Source: Escherichia coli (GTDB lineage: Bacteria; Pseudomonadota; Gammaproteobacteria; Enterobacterales; Enterobacteriaceae). Taken from it: 64,000 nucleotides of DNA. The position numbers were made by a program, and so were the translations under genes. The notes under the pieces are model-generated. The model saw only the letters and a program-made list of their open reading frames with translations, searched no databases and was not told the DNA's origin. Within the stretch, counting starts at the first letter, position 1; every line of letters begins with the position of its first letter. Of the stretch, positions 50,973-61,221 are shown one piece after another. The stretch lies in NCBI RefSeq assembly GCF_044324785.1, contig NZ_CP172127.1; one strand, given 5' to 3'.

Positions 50973-51723
50973 GTTTGAAGATATTCGCGGCGTCGCTTTT
51001 GATCTCGATGGTACGCTGGTAGACAGTGCTCCTGGCTTGGCTACCGCAGTAGATATGGCGCTGTATGCGCTGGAGTTGCCCGTCGCAGGTGAAGAACGCG
51101 TTATAACCTGGATTGGTAACGGCGCAGATGTTCTGATGGAGCGCGCATTGACCTGGGCGCGTCAGGAACGTGCGACTCTGCGTAAAACAATGGGTAAACC
51201 GCCCGTTGATGACGACATTCCGGCAGAAGAACAAGTACGTATTCTGCGTAAACTGTTCGATCGCTACTATGGCGAGGTTGCCGAAGAGGGGACGTTTTTG
51301 TTCCCGCACGTTGCCGATACGCTGGGCGCATTGCAGGCTAAAGGCCTGCCGTTGGGCCTGGTCACCAACAAACCGACGCCGTTCGTCGCGCCGCTGCTGG
51401 AAGCCTTAGATATCGCTAAATACTTCAGCGTGGTGATTGGTGGTGATGATGTGCAAAACAAAAAACCGCATCCGGACCCGCTGTTACTGGTGGCTGAGCG
51501 GATGGGAATTGCTCCACAACAGATGCTGTTTGTTGGCGACTCACGCAATGATATTCAGGCAGCAAAAGCGGCAGGTTGCCCATCAGTTGGCTTAACCTAC
51601 GGATATAACTACGGCGAGGCTATCGATCTCAGCCAGCCTGATGTAATTTATCAGTCTATAAATGACCTTCTGCCCGCATTAGGGCTTCCGCATAGCGAAA
51701 ATCAGGAATCGAAAAATGACTAA
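50965..51723 (+). CDS. gph: phosphoglycolate phosphatase
   Basis: 252-aa HAD-family ORF (FDLDGTL motif); overlaps rpe by 8 nt. Confidence 0.95.
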   Translation: MNKFEDIRGVAFDLDGTLVDSAPGLATAVDMALYALELPVAGEERVITWIGNGADVLMERALTWARQERATLRKTMGKPPVDDDIPAEEQVRILRKLFDRYYGEVAEEGTFLFPHVADTLGALQAKGLPLGLVTNKPTPFVAPLLEALDIAKYFSVVIGGDDVQNKKPHPDPLLLVAERMGIAPQQMLFVGDSRNDIQAAKAAGCPSVGLTYGYNYGEAIDLSQPDVIYQSINDLLPALGLPHSENQESKND

Positions 51724-52720
51724 GCCCATCGTTTTTAGTGGCGCACAGCCCTCAGGTGAATTGACCATTGGTAACTACATGGGTGCGCTGCGTCAGTGGG
51801 TAAACATGCAGGATGACTACCATTGCATTTACTGTATCGTTGACCAACACGCGATCACCGTGCGCCAGGATGCACAGAAGCTGCGTAAAGCGACGCTGGA
51901 TACGCTGGCCTTGTATCTGGCTTGTGGTATCGATCCTGAGAAAAGCACCATTTTTGTTCAGTCCCACGTGCCGGAACATGCGCAGTTAGGCTGGGCACTG
52001 AACTGCTATACCTACTTCGGCGAACTGAGCCGCATGACGCAGTTTAAAGATAAATCTGCGCGTTATGCCGAGAACATCAATGCTGGTCTGTTTGACTATC
52101 CGGTGCTGATGGCAGCGGACATCCTGCTGTATCAAACTAATCTGGTACCGGTGGGTGAAGACCAGAAACAGCACCTGGAACTGAGCCGCGATATCGCCCA
52201 GCGTTTCAACGCGCTGTATGGCGAGATCTTTAAAGTGCCGGAGCCGTTTATTCCGAAATCTGGCGCGCGCGTAATGTCGCTGCTGGAGCCGACCAAAAAG
52301 ATGTCCAAGTCTGACGATAACCGCAATAACGTTATCGGCCTGCTGGAAGATCCGAAATCGGTAGTGAAGAAAATCAAACGTGCGGTCACTGACTCCGACG
52401 AGCCGCCGGTAGTTCGCTACGATGTGCAGAACAAAGCGGGCGTTTCCAACCTGCTGGATATCCTTTCTGCGGTAACGGGCCAGAGCATCCCGGAACTGGA
52501 AAAACAGTTCGAAGGCAAGATGTATGGTCATCTGAAAGGTGAAGTGGCTGATGCCGTTTCCGGTATGCTGACTGAATTGCAGGAACGCTATCACCGTTTC
52601 CGCAACGATGAAGCCTTCCTGCAACAGGTGATGAAAGATGGCGCGGAAAAAGCCAGCGCGCACGCTTCCCGTACGCTAAAAGCGGTGTACGAAGCGATTG
52701 GTTTTGTGGCGAAGCCGTAA
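51716..52720 (+). CDS. trpS: tryptophan--tRNA ligase
   Basis: 334-aa class I aaRS with HIGH-like (TIGNYMGA) and KMSKS motifs; overlaps gph by 8 nt. Confidence 0.96.
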   Translation: MTKPIVFSGAQPSGELTIGNYMGALRQWVNMQDDYHCIYCIVDQHAITVRQDAQKLRKATLDTLALYLACGIDPEKSTIFVQSHVPEHAQLGWALNCYTYFGELSRMTQFKDKSARYAENINAGLFDYPVLMAADILLYQTNLVPVGEDQKQHLELSRDIAQRFNALYGEIFKVPEPFIPKSGARVMSLLEPTKKMSKSDDNRNNVIGLLEDPKSVVKKIKRAVTDSDEPPVVRYDVQNKAGVSNLLDILSAVTGQSIPELEKQFEGKMYGHLKGEVADAVSGMLTELQERYHRFRNDEAFLQQVMKDGAEKASAHASRTLKAVYEAIGFVAKP

Positions 52721-52736
52721 TTTAACATTAATGCCA

Positions 52737-52762
52737 AAAACCGGGGAAACCCGGTTTTTTTT
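52737..52762 (+). terminator. rho-independent terminator of the dam-rpe-gph-trpS transcript
   Basis: Stem AAAACCGGG/CCCGGTTTT with a GAAA loop followed by a T-run; 17 nt after the trpS stop. Confidence 0.8.
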
Positions 52763-52830
52763 ATCCTCATTTGCAATAATCCGAAAAAATGTGAAGCGCC
52801 TCGCCGTTTCCACATCTCGCAGTTGCCACT

Positions 52831-52852
52831 TATCTTCATTTTTATGAAGATA
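52831..52852. promoter_or_regulatory. perfect palindrome TATCTTCAT-TTTT-ATGAAGATA about 30 bp upstream of yhfZ (candidate operator)
   Basis: 9-bp perfect inverted repeat arms with a 4-bp spacer read directly; AT-rich, so more likely a protein-binding site than an RNA hairpin. Confidence 0.45.
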
Positions 52853-52880
52853 TAAATATTCACTTTATTGAAAATTTACT

Positions 52881-53786
52881 ATGCGTCGAACGTTTATCAA
52901 AAAAGAAGGCGTCGTCATCACGACACTGGCCCGTTATTTGTTGGGTGAAAAGTGCGGTAATCGACTGAAAACCATAGATGAGCTGGCAACTGAATGCCGT
53001 TCATCCGTTGGCCTGACGCAGGCCGCGTTGAAAACGCTGGAATCAAGCGGAGCGATACGGATTGAACGCCGTGGGCGCAATGGCAGTTATCTGGTGGAAA
53101 TGGATAACAAAGCATTGCTGAGTCATGTGGATATCAACAATGTGGTGTGCGCGATGCCCTTGCCCTATACCCGTTTGTACGAAGGCCTGGCGAGCGGATT
53201 GAAAGCTCAGTTTGATGGCATTCCTTTTTACTATGCGCATATGCGCGGCGCGGATATTCGCGTGGAGTGTTTACTTAACGGCGTGTATGACATGGCGGTT
53301 GTTTCCCGACTGGCGGCGGAAAGTTATCTCACGCAAAAAGGCTTATGCCTCGCGCTGGAGTTGGGGCCGCACACCTACGTTGGCGAGCACCAGTTGATTT
53401 GCCGTAAAGGCGAGTCCGCAAACGTGAAGCGTGTGGGGCTGGATAACCGTTCGGCGGATCAGAAAATCATGACCGATGTTTTTTTTGGCGATACGGATGT
53501 GGAACGAGTCGATCTCTCCTATCACGAGAGTTTACAACGCATTGTTAAAGGCGATGTTGATGCGGTTATCTGGAACGTGGTGGCGGAAAACGAACTGACC
53601 ATGCTGGGATTAGAAGCGACGCCGCTCACAGATGATCCGCGATTTTTACAGGCCACCGAAGCCGTGGTCCTGACGCGAGTCGATGATTACCCAATGCAAC
53701 AACTGCTGCGTGCAGTTGTTGATAAACATGCCCTGCTTGCCCATCAACAACGCGTGGTGAGTGGGGAACAGGAACCCAGTTATTAA
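52881..53786 (+). CDS. yhfZ: putative DNA-binding transcriptional regulator YhfZ (N-terminal winged HTH)
   Basis: 301-aa ORF MRRTFIKKEGVVITTLARYLLGEK...; matches my memory of YhfZ. Confidence 0.85.
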   Translation: MRRTFIKKEGVVITTLARYLLGEKCGNRLKTIDELATECRSSVGLTQAALKTLESSGAIRIERRGRNGSYLVEMDNKALLSHVDINNVVCAMPLPYTRLYEGLASGLKAQFDGIPFYYAHMRGADIRVECLLNGVYDMAVVSRLAAESYLTQKGLCLALELGPHTYVGEHQLICRKGESANVKRVGLDNRSADQKIMTDVFFGDTDVERVDLSYHESLQRIVKGDVDAVIWNVVAENELTMLGLEATPLTDDPRFLQATEAVVLTRVDDYPMQQLLRAVVDKHALLAHQQRVVSGEQEPSY

Positions 53787-53802
53787 ACGAAAGGCATCTG
53801 AT

Positions 53803-54165
53803 ATGGAAACCAGACTCAACCTGCTTTGCGATGCAGGCGTTATTGATAAGGACATCTGCAAAGGCATGATGCAGGTCGTCAAGGTACTGGAAACAGAGTG
53901 CCATCTGCCGGTGCGCAGTGAGCAAGGAACGATGGCAATGACACATATGGCGAGTGCACTGATGCGCAGTCGCCGTGGTGAAGAAATAGAGCCGCTGGAC
54001 GCCGAATTGCTGGCAGAACTGGCGCAATCCAGCCACTGGCAAGCCGTTGTGCAATTGCATCAGGTGTTGTTGAAGGAATTTACACTGGAAGTTAACCCGT
54101 GTGAAGAAGGCTATTTGCTGGCCAACCTTTATGGATTATGGATGGCTGCTAACGAAGAGGTTTGA
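53803..54165 (+). CDS. yhfY: PRD-domain protein YhfY
   Basis: Start set at METRLNLLCDAGVIDKD (120 aa); the ORF track extends 14 codons upstream into yhfZ. Confidence 0.85.
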   Translation: METRLNLLCDAGVIDKDICKGMMQVVKVLETECHLPVRSEQGTMAMTHMASALMRSRRGEEIEPLDAELLAELAQSSHWQAVVQLHQVLLKEFTLEVNPCEEGYLLANLYGLWMAANEEV

Positions 54166-54195
54166 AGCTCCCGACAAATCCACGTCGCACAACCT

Positions 54196-54219
54196 AAATA
54201 TTCAAAAAAATGAATATTT
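54196..54219. promoter_or_regulatory. perfect palindrome AAATATTCA-AAAAAA-TGAATATTT about 30 bp upstream of yhfX (candidate operator or RNA element)
   Basis: 9-bp perfect inverted repeat arms with a 6-bp A spacer read directly, in the yhfY-yhfX intergenic region. Confidence 0.45.
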
Positions 54220-54248
54220 AATTCAAGGAACAGAAACGAGGCAACAAG

Positions 54249-55412
54249 ATGTTTGTAGAAGCATTGAAACGCCAGAACCCGGCGCTAATTTCCGCCGCAC
54301 TAAGCTTGTGGCAAAAGGGCAAGATCGCCCCGGACAGCTGGGTGATCGACGTGGATCAGATACTGGAAAACGGTAAGCGGCTGATTGAGACGGCGCGGCT
54401 TTACGGCATTGAACTGTATCTGATGACCAAGCAGTTTGGTCGTAATCCGTGGCTGGCGGAAAAACTGCTGCCATTAGGCTACAGCGGCATTGTGGCGGTG
54501 GATTACAAAGAGGCGCGAGTCATGCGCCGCGCCGGTTTGCCGGTGGCGCATCAGGGGCATCTGGTACAAATCCCTTGTCATCAGGTTGCTGACGCCGTTG
54601 CACAGGGCACCGACGTCATCACCGTGTTTACTCTCGACAAAGCGCGGGAAGTTTCTGCGGCAGCGGTGAAGGCCGGACGTGTGCAGTCTGTGCTGCTCAA
54701 AGTTTATAGCGACGATGATTTTCTTTATCCGGGGCAGGAGAGCGGTTTTGTACAGCATTCGCTGCACGAGGTGGTTGCTGAAATTAAGAAACTGCCGGGG
54801 TTGCATTTAGCTGGACTAACCCATTTCCCTTGCCTGCTTTGGGATGAGGCTGCCGGGAAAGTTTTGCCGACACCGAATCTTCACACGCTGATACAGGCAC
54901 GGGATCAACTGGCGAAATCTGGTATTGCGATTGAGCAACTGAACGCACCTTCTGCGACCAGCTGCACTTCGCTGCCATTGCTGGCGGAATACGGTGTGAC
55001 TCATGCCGAACCCGGTCATGCGCTGACGGGCACTATTCCGGCAAACCAGCAGGGCGATCAGCCTGAACGTATCGCGATGCTCTGGTTAAGTGAAATCTCC
55101 CATCATTTCCGTGGCGACAGCTACTGCTACGGCGGCGGTTACTACCGTCGTGGTCATGCGCAACATGCGCTGGTGTTTACGCCAGAAAATCAAAAGATTA
55201 CTGAAACCAATCTCAAAGCCGTGGATGACAGCAGTATCGACTACACCCTGCCGCTGGCAGGTGAGTTTCCGGTAAGCAGTGCAGTAGTGCTCTGTTTTCG
55301 CACGCAGATTTTTGTCACCCGTAGCGATGTGGTGTTGCTGTCCGGTATTCACCGTGGCGAACCAGAAATCGTCGGTCGTTATGACAGTCTTGGAAACTCT
55401 CTGGGGGCGTAA
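54249..55412 (+). CDS. yhfX: putative PLP-dependent alanine-racemase-fold protein YhfX
   Basis: 387-aa [28 protein letters not shown]...; matches my memory of YhfX. Confidence 0.88.
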   Translation: MFVEALKRQNPALISAALSLWQKGKIAPDSWVIDVDQILENGKRLIETARLYGIELYLMTKQFGRNPWLAEKLLPLGYSGIVAVDYKEARVMRRAGLPVAHQGHLVQIPCHQVADAVAQGTDVITVFTLDKAREVSAAAVKAGRVQSVLLKVYSDDDFLYPGQESGFVQHSLHEVVAEIKKLPGLHLAGLTHFPCLLWDEAAGKVLPTPNLHTLIQARDQLAKSGIAIEQLNAPSATSCTSLPLLAEYGVTHAEPGHALTGTIPANQQGDQPERIAMLWLSEISHHFRGDSYCYGGGYYRRGHAQHALVFTPENQKITETNLKAVDDSSIDYTLPLAGEFPVSSAVVLCFRTQIFVTRSDVVLLSGIHRGEPEIVGRYDSLGNSLGA

Positions 55413-56638
55413 TGGCGCGATTTGTGGTGTTAGTGATTGATAGCTTTGGCGTAGGGGCAATGAAAGATGTCACGTTGGTGCGTCCGCAGGATGCCGGGGC
55501 GAATACCTGTGGTCACATCCTGAGCCAGTTGCCGCATTTGCAGCTACCAGCGCTGGAGAAGCTGGGGCTAATCAACGCATTGGGTTATGCACCAGGTGAT
55601 ATGCAGCCGTCAGACTCCGCAACTTGGGGTGTGGCAGAGCTGCAACATGAAGGTGGCGATACCTTTATGGGGCATCAGGAAATTTTAGGCACGCGCCCGT
55701 TACCGCCGCTGCGGATGCCCTTTCGTGATGTGATTGACCGTGTTGAGCAGGCATTAGTTTCCGCTGGCTGGCTGGTTGAGCGTCGTGGCGATGATCTGCA
55801 ATTTCTGTGGGTCAATCAGGCGGTTGCGATTGGCGATAATCTCGAGGCGGATTTAGGCCAGGTCTATAACATCACCGCCAATCTCTCTGTGATCTCTTTT
55901 GACGACGCAATCAAAATTGGTCGTATTGTGCGTGAGCAGGTACAGGTCGGTCGGGTCATTACATTTGGTGGCCTGTTAACCGACAGTCAACGCATTCTCG
56001 ATGCCGCAGAAAGCAAAGAAGGGCGCTTTATTGGTATCAATGCGCCGCGTTCTGGCGCTTATGACAACGGCTTCCAGGTCGTGCATATGGGCTACGGTGT
56101 CGATGAGAAAGTGCAGGTGCCGCAAAAACTGTATGAAGCGGGCGTGCCAACCGTGCTGGTGGGTAAGGTGGCGGATATTGTCAGCAATCCTTATGGCGTG
56201 AGCTGGCAAAACCTGGTGGATAGCCAACGGATTATGGATATCACTCTCAACGAATTTAACACCCATCCGACGGCGTTTATTTGTACCAATATCCAGGAAA
56301 CCGACCTCGCTGGTCATGCAGAAGACGTCGCACGTTATGCCGAACGTTTGCAGGTCGTTGACCGTAACCTTGCCCGGCTTATTGAGGCGATGCAGCCAGA
56401 TGATTGCCTGGTCGTGATGGCGGATCACGGTAACGATCCGACCATTGGTCACAGCCACCATACCCGCGAAGTGGTGCCAGTGCTGGTTTATCAGCAAGGG
56501 ATGGTCGCTACGCAGCTCGGTGTGCGCACCACGCTTTCTGATGTGGGGGCTACCGTGTGTGAATTTTTCCGTGCGCCACCGCCACAAAATGGTCGCTCTT
56601 TTCTTTCCTCCCTCCGGTTTGCAGGAGACACCCTATGA
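55412..56638 (+). CDS. yhfW: putative phosphopentomutase-like metalloenzyme YhfW
   Basis: 408-aa ORF; its ATG overlaps the yhfX stop by 1 nt; matches my memory of YhfW. Confidence 0.88.
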   Translation: MARFVVLVIDSFGVGAMKDVTLVRPQDAGANTCGHILSQLPHLQLPALEKLGLINALGYAPGDMQPSDSATWGVAELQHEGGDTFMGHQEILGTRPLPPLRMPFRDVIDRVEQALVSAGWLVERRGDDLQFLWVNQAVAIGDNLEADLGQVYNITANLSVISFDDAIKIGRIVREQVQVGRVITFGGLLTDSQRILDAAESKEGRFIGINAPRSGAYDNGFQVVHMGYGVDEKVQVPQKLYEAGVPTVLVGKVADIVSNPYGVSWQNLVDSQRIMDITLNEFNTHPTAFICTNIQETDLAGHAEDVARYAERLQVVDRNLARLIEAMQPDDCLVVMADHGNDPTIGHSHHTREVVPVLVYQQGMVATQLGVRTTLSDVGATVCEFFRAPPPQNGRSFLSSLRFAGDTL

Positions 56639-57513
56639 GTATTGATCCGACGGGTTACACCCTCGCCCATGAGCATCTGCATATTGATCTCTCCGGCTTT
56701 AAAAACAACGTGGACTGCCGCCTTGATCAGTATGCGTTCATTTGCCAGGAGATGAACGACCTGATGGCCCAGGGCGTGCGTAATGTGATTGAGATGACCA
56801 ACCGTTACATGGGGCGAAATGCGCAATTTATGCTCGATGTGATGCACGAAACTGGCATCAACGTGGTGGCCTGTACCGGTTATTACCAGGATGCGTTTTT
56901 CCCGCAACATGTGGCGACCCGCAGCGTACAGGAACTGGCGCAGGAGATGGTCGATGAAATTGATCAGGGTATCGATGGCACGGAACTGAAAGCCGGGATC
57001 ATCGCGGAGATCGGCTCCAGCGAAGGGAAGATTACGCCGCTGGAAGAGAAGGTGTTTATTGCCGCCGCGCTGGCACATAACCAGACCGGACGCCCGATCT
57101 CCACGCATACGTCGTTCAGCACGATGGGGCTGGAACAACTGGCTCTGTTGCAAGCCCACGGAGTTAATCTTTCGCGCGTCACCGTTGGTCACTGCGATCT
57201 GAAAGACAACCTCGACAACATTTTGAAGATGATCGATCTCGGCGCGTATGTGCAGTTCGACACCATCGGCAAGAACAGTTACTACCCGGACGAAAGGCGC
57301 ATTGCGATGCTCCACGCGCTACGTGACCGTGGTTTGCTGAACCGCGTCATGCTGTCGATGGATATTACGCGCCGCTCCCATTTAAAAGCCAACGGTGGTT
57401 ATGGCTATGACTATTTATTGACCACCTTTATTCCGCAATTGCGCCAGTCAGGATTCAGTCAGGCCGATGTGGATGTGATGTTACGTGAAACTCCCTCTCA
57501 ATTTTTCCAATAA
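56635..57513 (+). CDS. php: phosphotriesterase homology protein
   Basis: 292-aa [25 protein letters not shown] (amidohydrolase HxH metal motif); ATGA overlap with yhfW. Confidence 0.9.
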   Translation: MSIDPTGYTLAHEHLHIDLSGFKNNVDCRLDQYAFICQEMNDLMAQGVRNVIEMTNRYMGRNAQFMLDVMHETGINVVACTGYYQDAFFPQHVATRSVQELAQEMVDEIDQGIDGTELKAGIIAEIGSSEGKITPLEEKVFIAAALAHNQTGRPISTHTSFSTMGLEQLALLQAHGVNLSRVTVGHCDLKDNLDNILKMIDLGAYVQFDTIGKNSYYPDERRIAMLHALRDRGLLNRVMLSMDITRRSHLKANGGYGYDYLLTTFIPQLRQSGFSQADVDVMLRETPSQFFQ

Positions 57514-57523
57514 GGACAGACTC

Positions 57524-57877
57524 ATGAAAAAGATTGGTGTTGCAGGCTTACAGCGTGAGCAGATTAAAAAAACCATTGAAGCGACGGCTCCTGGCTGTTT
57601 TGAAGTTTTCATTCACAACGACATGGAAGCGGCAATGAAAGTCAAATCCGGGCAACTGGATTACTACATCGGCGCGTGTAATACCGGTGCGGGCGCGGCA
57701 TTGTCGATTGCCATCGCGGTGATTGGCTATAACAAAAGTTGCACCATTGCCAAACCAGGCATTAAAGCGAAAGACGAACATATCGCCAAAATGATCGCCG
57801 AAGGGAAAGTGGCGTTTGGGCTTTCCGTTGAGCACGTCGAACACGCGATTCCGATGCTGATTAACCATCTGAAATAA
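57524..57877 (+). CDS. yhfU: uncharacterised protein YhfU
   Basis: Start set at MKKIGVAGLQREQIKK (117 aa); the ORF track extends 13 codons upstream. Confidence 0.85.
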   Translation: MKKIGVAGLQREQIKKTIEATAPGCFEVFIHNDMEAAMKVKSGQLDYYIGACNTGAGAALSIAIAVIGYNKSCTIAKPGIKAKDEHIAKMIAEGKVAFGLSVEHVEHAIPMLINHLK

Positions 57878-57888
57878 AAGGCACGACT

Positions 57889-59193
57889 ATGGATCTGTAT
57901 ATTCAGATTATCGTGGTGGCGTGCCTGACGGGTATGACATCGCTTCTGGCGCATCGCTCGGCGGCCGTTTTTCATGACGGTATCCGCCCGATCCTGCCGC
58001 AACTGATTGAAGGCTATATGAACCGTCGCGAGGCGGGGAGTATCGCTTTTGGTCTGAGCATTGGTTTTGTGGCTTCGGTGGGGATCTCTTTTACCCTGAA
58101 AACCGGACTGCTCAACGCATGGTTACTCTTTCTTCCTACCGATATCCTCGGCGTACTGGCGATAAACAGCCTGATGGCGTTTGGTCTTGGCGCTATCTGG
58201 GGCGTGTTGATCCTTACTTGCCTGTTACCGGTAAACCAGCTGCTGACCGCGCTACCGGTGGATGTATTAGGTAGCCTGGGGGAATTAAGCTCGCCGGTGG
58301 TTTCAGCTTTTGCACTGTTCCCGTTGGTGGCGATTTTCTACCAGTTTGGCTGGAAGCAAAGTCTGATCGCCGCCGTGGTGGTACTGATGACCCGTGTGGT
58401 GGTAGTGCGCTATTTCCCGCATCTCAATCCGGAATCCATCGAAATCTTTATTGGCATGGTGATGCTGCTGGGGATCGCGATAACTCACGACCTGCGTCAT
58501 CGTGATGAAAATGATATTGATGCCAGCGGGCTTTCGGTGTTTGAAGAACGCACGTCGCGGATTATCAAAAACTTACCGTATATCGCTATTGTCGGGGCGC
58601 TGATTGCCGCCGTTGCCAGCATGAAGATTTTTGCTGGCAGTGAAGTGTCGATCTTCACACTGGAGAAAGCATATTCCGCAGGCGTAACGCCGGAACAATC
58701 ACAAACGCTGATTAACCAGGCAGCTCTGGCGGAATTTATGCGCGGGCTGGGTTTTGTACCGTTGATTGCCACCACCGCGTTAGCCACTGGTGTGTATGCA
58801 GTTGCGGGCTTTACCTTTGTTTATGCGGTGGGCTATCTCTCGCCGAATCCGATGGTTGCAGCGGTATTAGGCGCAGTGGTTATTTCGGCGGAAGTCCTGC
58901 TGCTTCGTTCGATCGGCAAATGGCTGGGGCGCTATCCGTCGGTGCGTAATGCGTCAGATAACATCCGTAACGCCATGAATATGCTGATGGAAGTGGCGTT
59001 GCTGGTCGGTTCGATTTTCGCAGCAATTAAAATGGCGGGTTATACCGGATTTTCTATCGCAGTTGCCATTTACTTCCTCAACGAATCCCTGGGCCGTCCG
59101 GTACAGAAAATGGCGGCACCGGTCGTGGCAGTAATGATCACCGGTATTCTGCTGAATGTTCTTTACTGGTTTGGCCTGTTCGTTCCGGCTTAA
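57889..59193 (+). CDS. yhfT: putative inner membrane transporter YhfT
   Basis: 434-aa polytopic membrane ORF. Confidence 0.88.
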   Translation: MDLYIQIIVVACLTGMTSLLAHRSAAVFHDGIRPILPQLIEGYMNRREAGSIAFGLSIGFVASVGISFTLKTGLLNAWLLFLPTDILGVLAINSLMAFGLGAIWGVLILTCLLPVNQLLTALPVDVLGSLGELSSPVVSAFALFPLVAIFYQFGWKQSLIAAVVVLMTRVVVVRYFPHLNPESIEIFIGMVMLLGIAITHDLRHRDENDIDASGLSVFEERTSRIIKNLPYIAIVGALIAAVASMKIFAGSEVSIFTLEKAYSAGVTPEQSQTLINQAALAEFMRGLGFVPLIATTALATGVYAVAGFTFVYAVGYLSPNPMVAAVLGAVVISAEVLLLRSIGKWLGRYPSVRNASDNIRNAMNMLMEVALLVGSIFAAIKMAGYTGFSIAVAIYFLNESLGRPVQKMAAPVVAVMITGILLNVLYWFGLFVPA

Positions 59194-59204
59194 GGAAGGC
59201 ACCT

Positions 59205-60290
59205 ATGAAGACGTATCCTTTGCAAAGCCTGACGCTTATTGAGGCGCAGCAAAAGCAGTTTGCGCTGGTGGACACGATTTGCCGCCATTTTCCCGGCAGC
59301 GAGTTTCTTACCCGCGGGGATTTGGGCTTAACGCCGGGGCTGAATCAACCGCGCATTACCCAGCGAGTGGAACAGGTGCTGGCTGATGCATTTCACGCAC
59401 AGGCTGCGGCGCTGGTACAGGGCGCGGGTACTGGCGCGATCCGTGCGGCGTTGGCGGCTTTGCTCATACCGGGGCAGCGTCTTCTGGTGCATGACGCGCC
59501 TGTTTACCCGACGACTCAGGTCATTATTGAGCAGATGGGGCTGACGCTTATTACTGCTAATTTCAATGACCTGTCGGCACTTAAGCAGGTCGTCGAAGAG
59601 CAACAACCGGATGCGGCTCTGGTGCAGCATACGCGCCAGCAGCCGCAGGACGGGTACATTCTGGCAGATGTGCTGGCAACGTTGCGCTCGGCTGGCGTTC
59701 CTGCATTAACCGATGACAACTATGCGGTGATGAAGGTAGCGCGAATTGGCTGCGAATGCGGGGCAAATGTCTCGACTTTTTCCTGCTTCAAGCTGTTTGG
59801 GCCGGAGGGTGTTGGCGCGGTGGTAGGCGATGCCGATGTTATTAGTCGGATTCGCGCCACGCTCTACTCCGGCGGCAGCCAGATTCAGGGCGCTCAGGCG
59901 TTGGAAGTCTTGCGTGGGCTGGTGTTTGCGCCAGTGATGCACGCGGTGCAGGCGGGGGTATCTGAACGGTTGCTGGCCTTGCTCAACGGTGGTGCAGTTC
60001 CGGAAGTGAAAAGCGCCGTCATTGCCAATGCACAGTCGAAGGTGTTGATTGTCGAGTTTCATCAGCCGATTGCCGCCAGAGTGCTGGAAGAGGCGCAAAA
60101 GCGCGGTGCCTTGCCTTACCCGGTTGGTGCAGAGTCGAAATATGAAGTTCCGCCACTTTTTTATCGACTTTCCGGAACGTTTCGCCAGGCGAATCCGCAA
60201 CTCGAACATTACGCGATTCGTATTAACCCAAATCGCAGCGGTGAAGAGACGGTGCTGCGGATTTTGCGTGAGAGTATTGCGAGTATTTAA
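59205..60290 (+). CDS. yhfS: putative PLP-dependent aminotransferase-fold protein YhfS
   Basis: 361-aa ORF MKTYPLQSLTLIEAQQKQFALVDTI...; matches my memory of YhfS. Confidence 0.88.
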   Translation: MKTYPLQSLTLIEAQQKQFALVDTICRHFPGSEFLTRGDLGLTPGLNQPRITQRVEQVLADAFHAQAAALVQGAGTGAIRAALAALLIPGQRLLVHDAPVYPTTQVIIEQMGLTLITANFNDLSALKQVVEEQQPDAALVQHTRQQPQDGYILADVLATLRSAGVPALTDDNYAVMKVARIGCECGANVSTFSCFKLFGPEGVGAVVGDADVISRIRATLYSGGSQIQGAQALEVLRGLVFAPVMHAVQAGVSERLLALLNGGAVPEVKSAVIANAQSKVLIVEFHQPIAARVLEEAQKRGALPYPVGAESKYEVPPLFYRLSGTFRQANPQLEHYAIRINPNRSGEETVLRILRESIASI

Positions 60291-60349
60291 TGCTGGATAG
60301 CCCCGTTCGGCAATCAAGCTAAATTCAGCGCCGGACGGTCCCCGCAACG

Positions 60350-60395
60350 CGCCAGCATCGCCGGATGCGATGCTGGCGCATCTTATCCGGCCTAC
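60350..60395. repeat. REP element (palindromic units; 12-bp stem GCGCCAGCATCG/CGATGCTGGCGC plus ...CTTATCCGGCCTAC)
   Basis: Perfect 12-bp inverted repeat around a CCGGATG loop and a canonical REP tail between convergent yhfS and frlR. Confidence 0.6.
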
Positions 60396-60397
60396 GG

Positions 60398-61129
60398 TTA
60401 ATGTCTTTTATTATCAATCGTTAAGGTGATGCGGTTGGCGCGGCAGAAGAGTTCGGAGACGTGCACCGGTTTGTTATTCTGATCAAAGGCGATTTTGCTG
60501 ATGCGAAACAGCGGTTCGCCCAGTTCGCATTTCAGCCATTTTGCCTGCGGGCGGGTGGCGGCAAAAATATCGATAGTCTTTTTATCGCTGACCACTCGCG
60601 TGTCAAAACGCTCCTGAAATAACTGATAGGTGGAGCTTCCTTCGACGTAAATCTCATCAAAGTCAGGATAACGCGACAGCGGGATCCAGGAACTATCAAT
60701 AAACAGCGGCTCTTTATCGAGATACATCACCCGGCAAAGATGGAACACTTCGCTGTTACCGGGGATGTTCAGCTTTTCGCAAAACGGCGCGGCGCTGACC
60801 CGTTCCTGTTCGATCACTTTCTCTTTCGTCGCCTTGCCTTGTGAGACGCCAAAATCGGTAAAACCACTGACAGTAAGCAGGGCGTTTTCAACTTTCTGGC
60901 TTTGTACAAAGGTGCCTTTGCCCTGCCAGCGGATCAGTACGCCGTCTGCCACTAAGTCGCTGATGGCTTTGCGAATGGTAATGCGGCTGACGTTATATTG
61001 CGTACAAAGCTCGTTTTCGGTAGGGATCTGTTGCCCGGCCTGGTAAACCCCCTGCGCGATATCATCCAGCAACCGCTGGCGGACGGTAGCGTAGAGGAGT
61101 TGATGAGAGTAGCGGTCCGTAGCTGACAT
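60398..61129 (-). CDS. frlR: GntR-family repressor of the fructoselysine operon
   Basis: Start set at MSATDRYSHQLLYATVRQRLLDDIAQG (243 aa; GntR HTH plus UTRA domain); the ORF track extends 22 codons upstream. Confidence 0.9.
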   Translation of the reverse strand: MSATDRYSHQLLYATVRQRLLDDIAQGVYQAGQQIPTENELCTQYNVSRITIRKAISDLVADGVLIRWQGKGTFVQSQKVENALLTVSGFTDFGVSQGKATKEKVIEQERVSAAPFCEKLNIPGNSEVFHLCRVMYLDKEPLFIDSSWIPLSRYPDFDEIYVEGSSTYQLFQERFDTRVVSDKKTIDIFAATRPQAKWLKCELGEPLFRISKIAFDQNNKPVHVSELFCRANRITLTIDNKRH

Positions 61130-61197
61130 AATCGACCCTGAAATAAAGAATGAATTACACGGATTATAGGGTCGTTTTCCGGCAAGTAACAGCATGT

Positions 61198-61221
61198 TGG
61201 CGTGAAGATGCTCACGCCAAC
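61198..61221 (-). terminator. hairpin TTGGCGTGA-AGATGC-TCACGCCAA between frlD and frlR
   Basis: 9-bp perfect inverted repeat read directly; may attenuate read-through from frlABCD into frlR. Confidence 0.4.
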
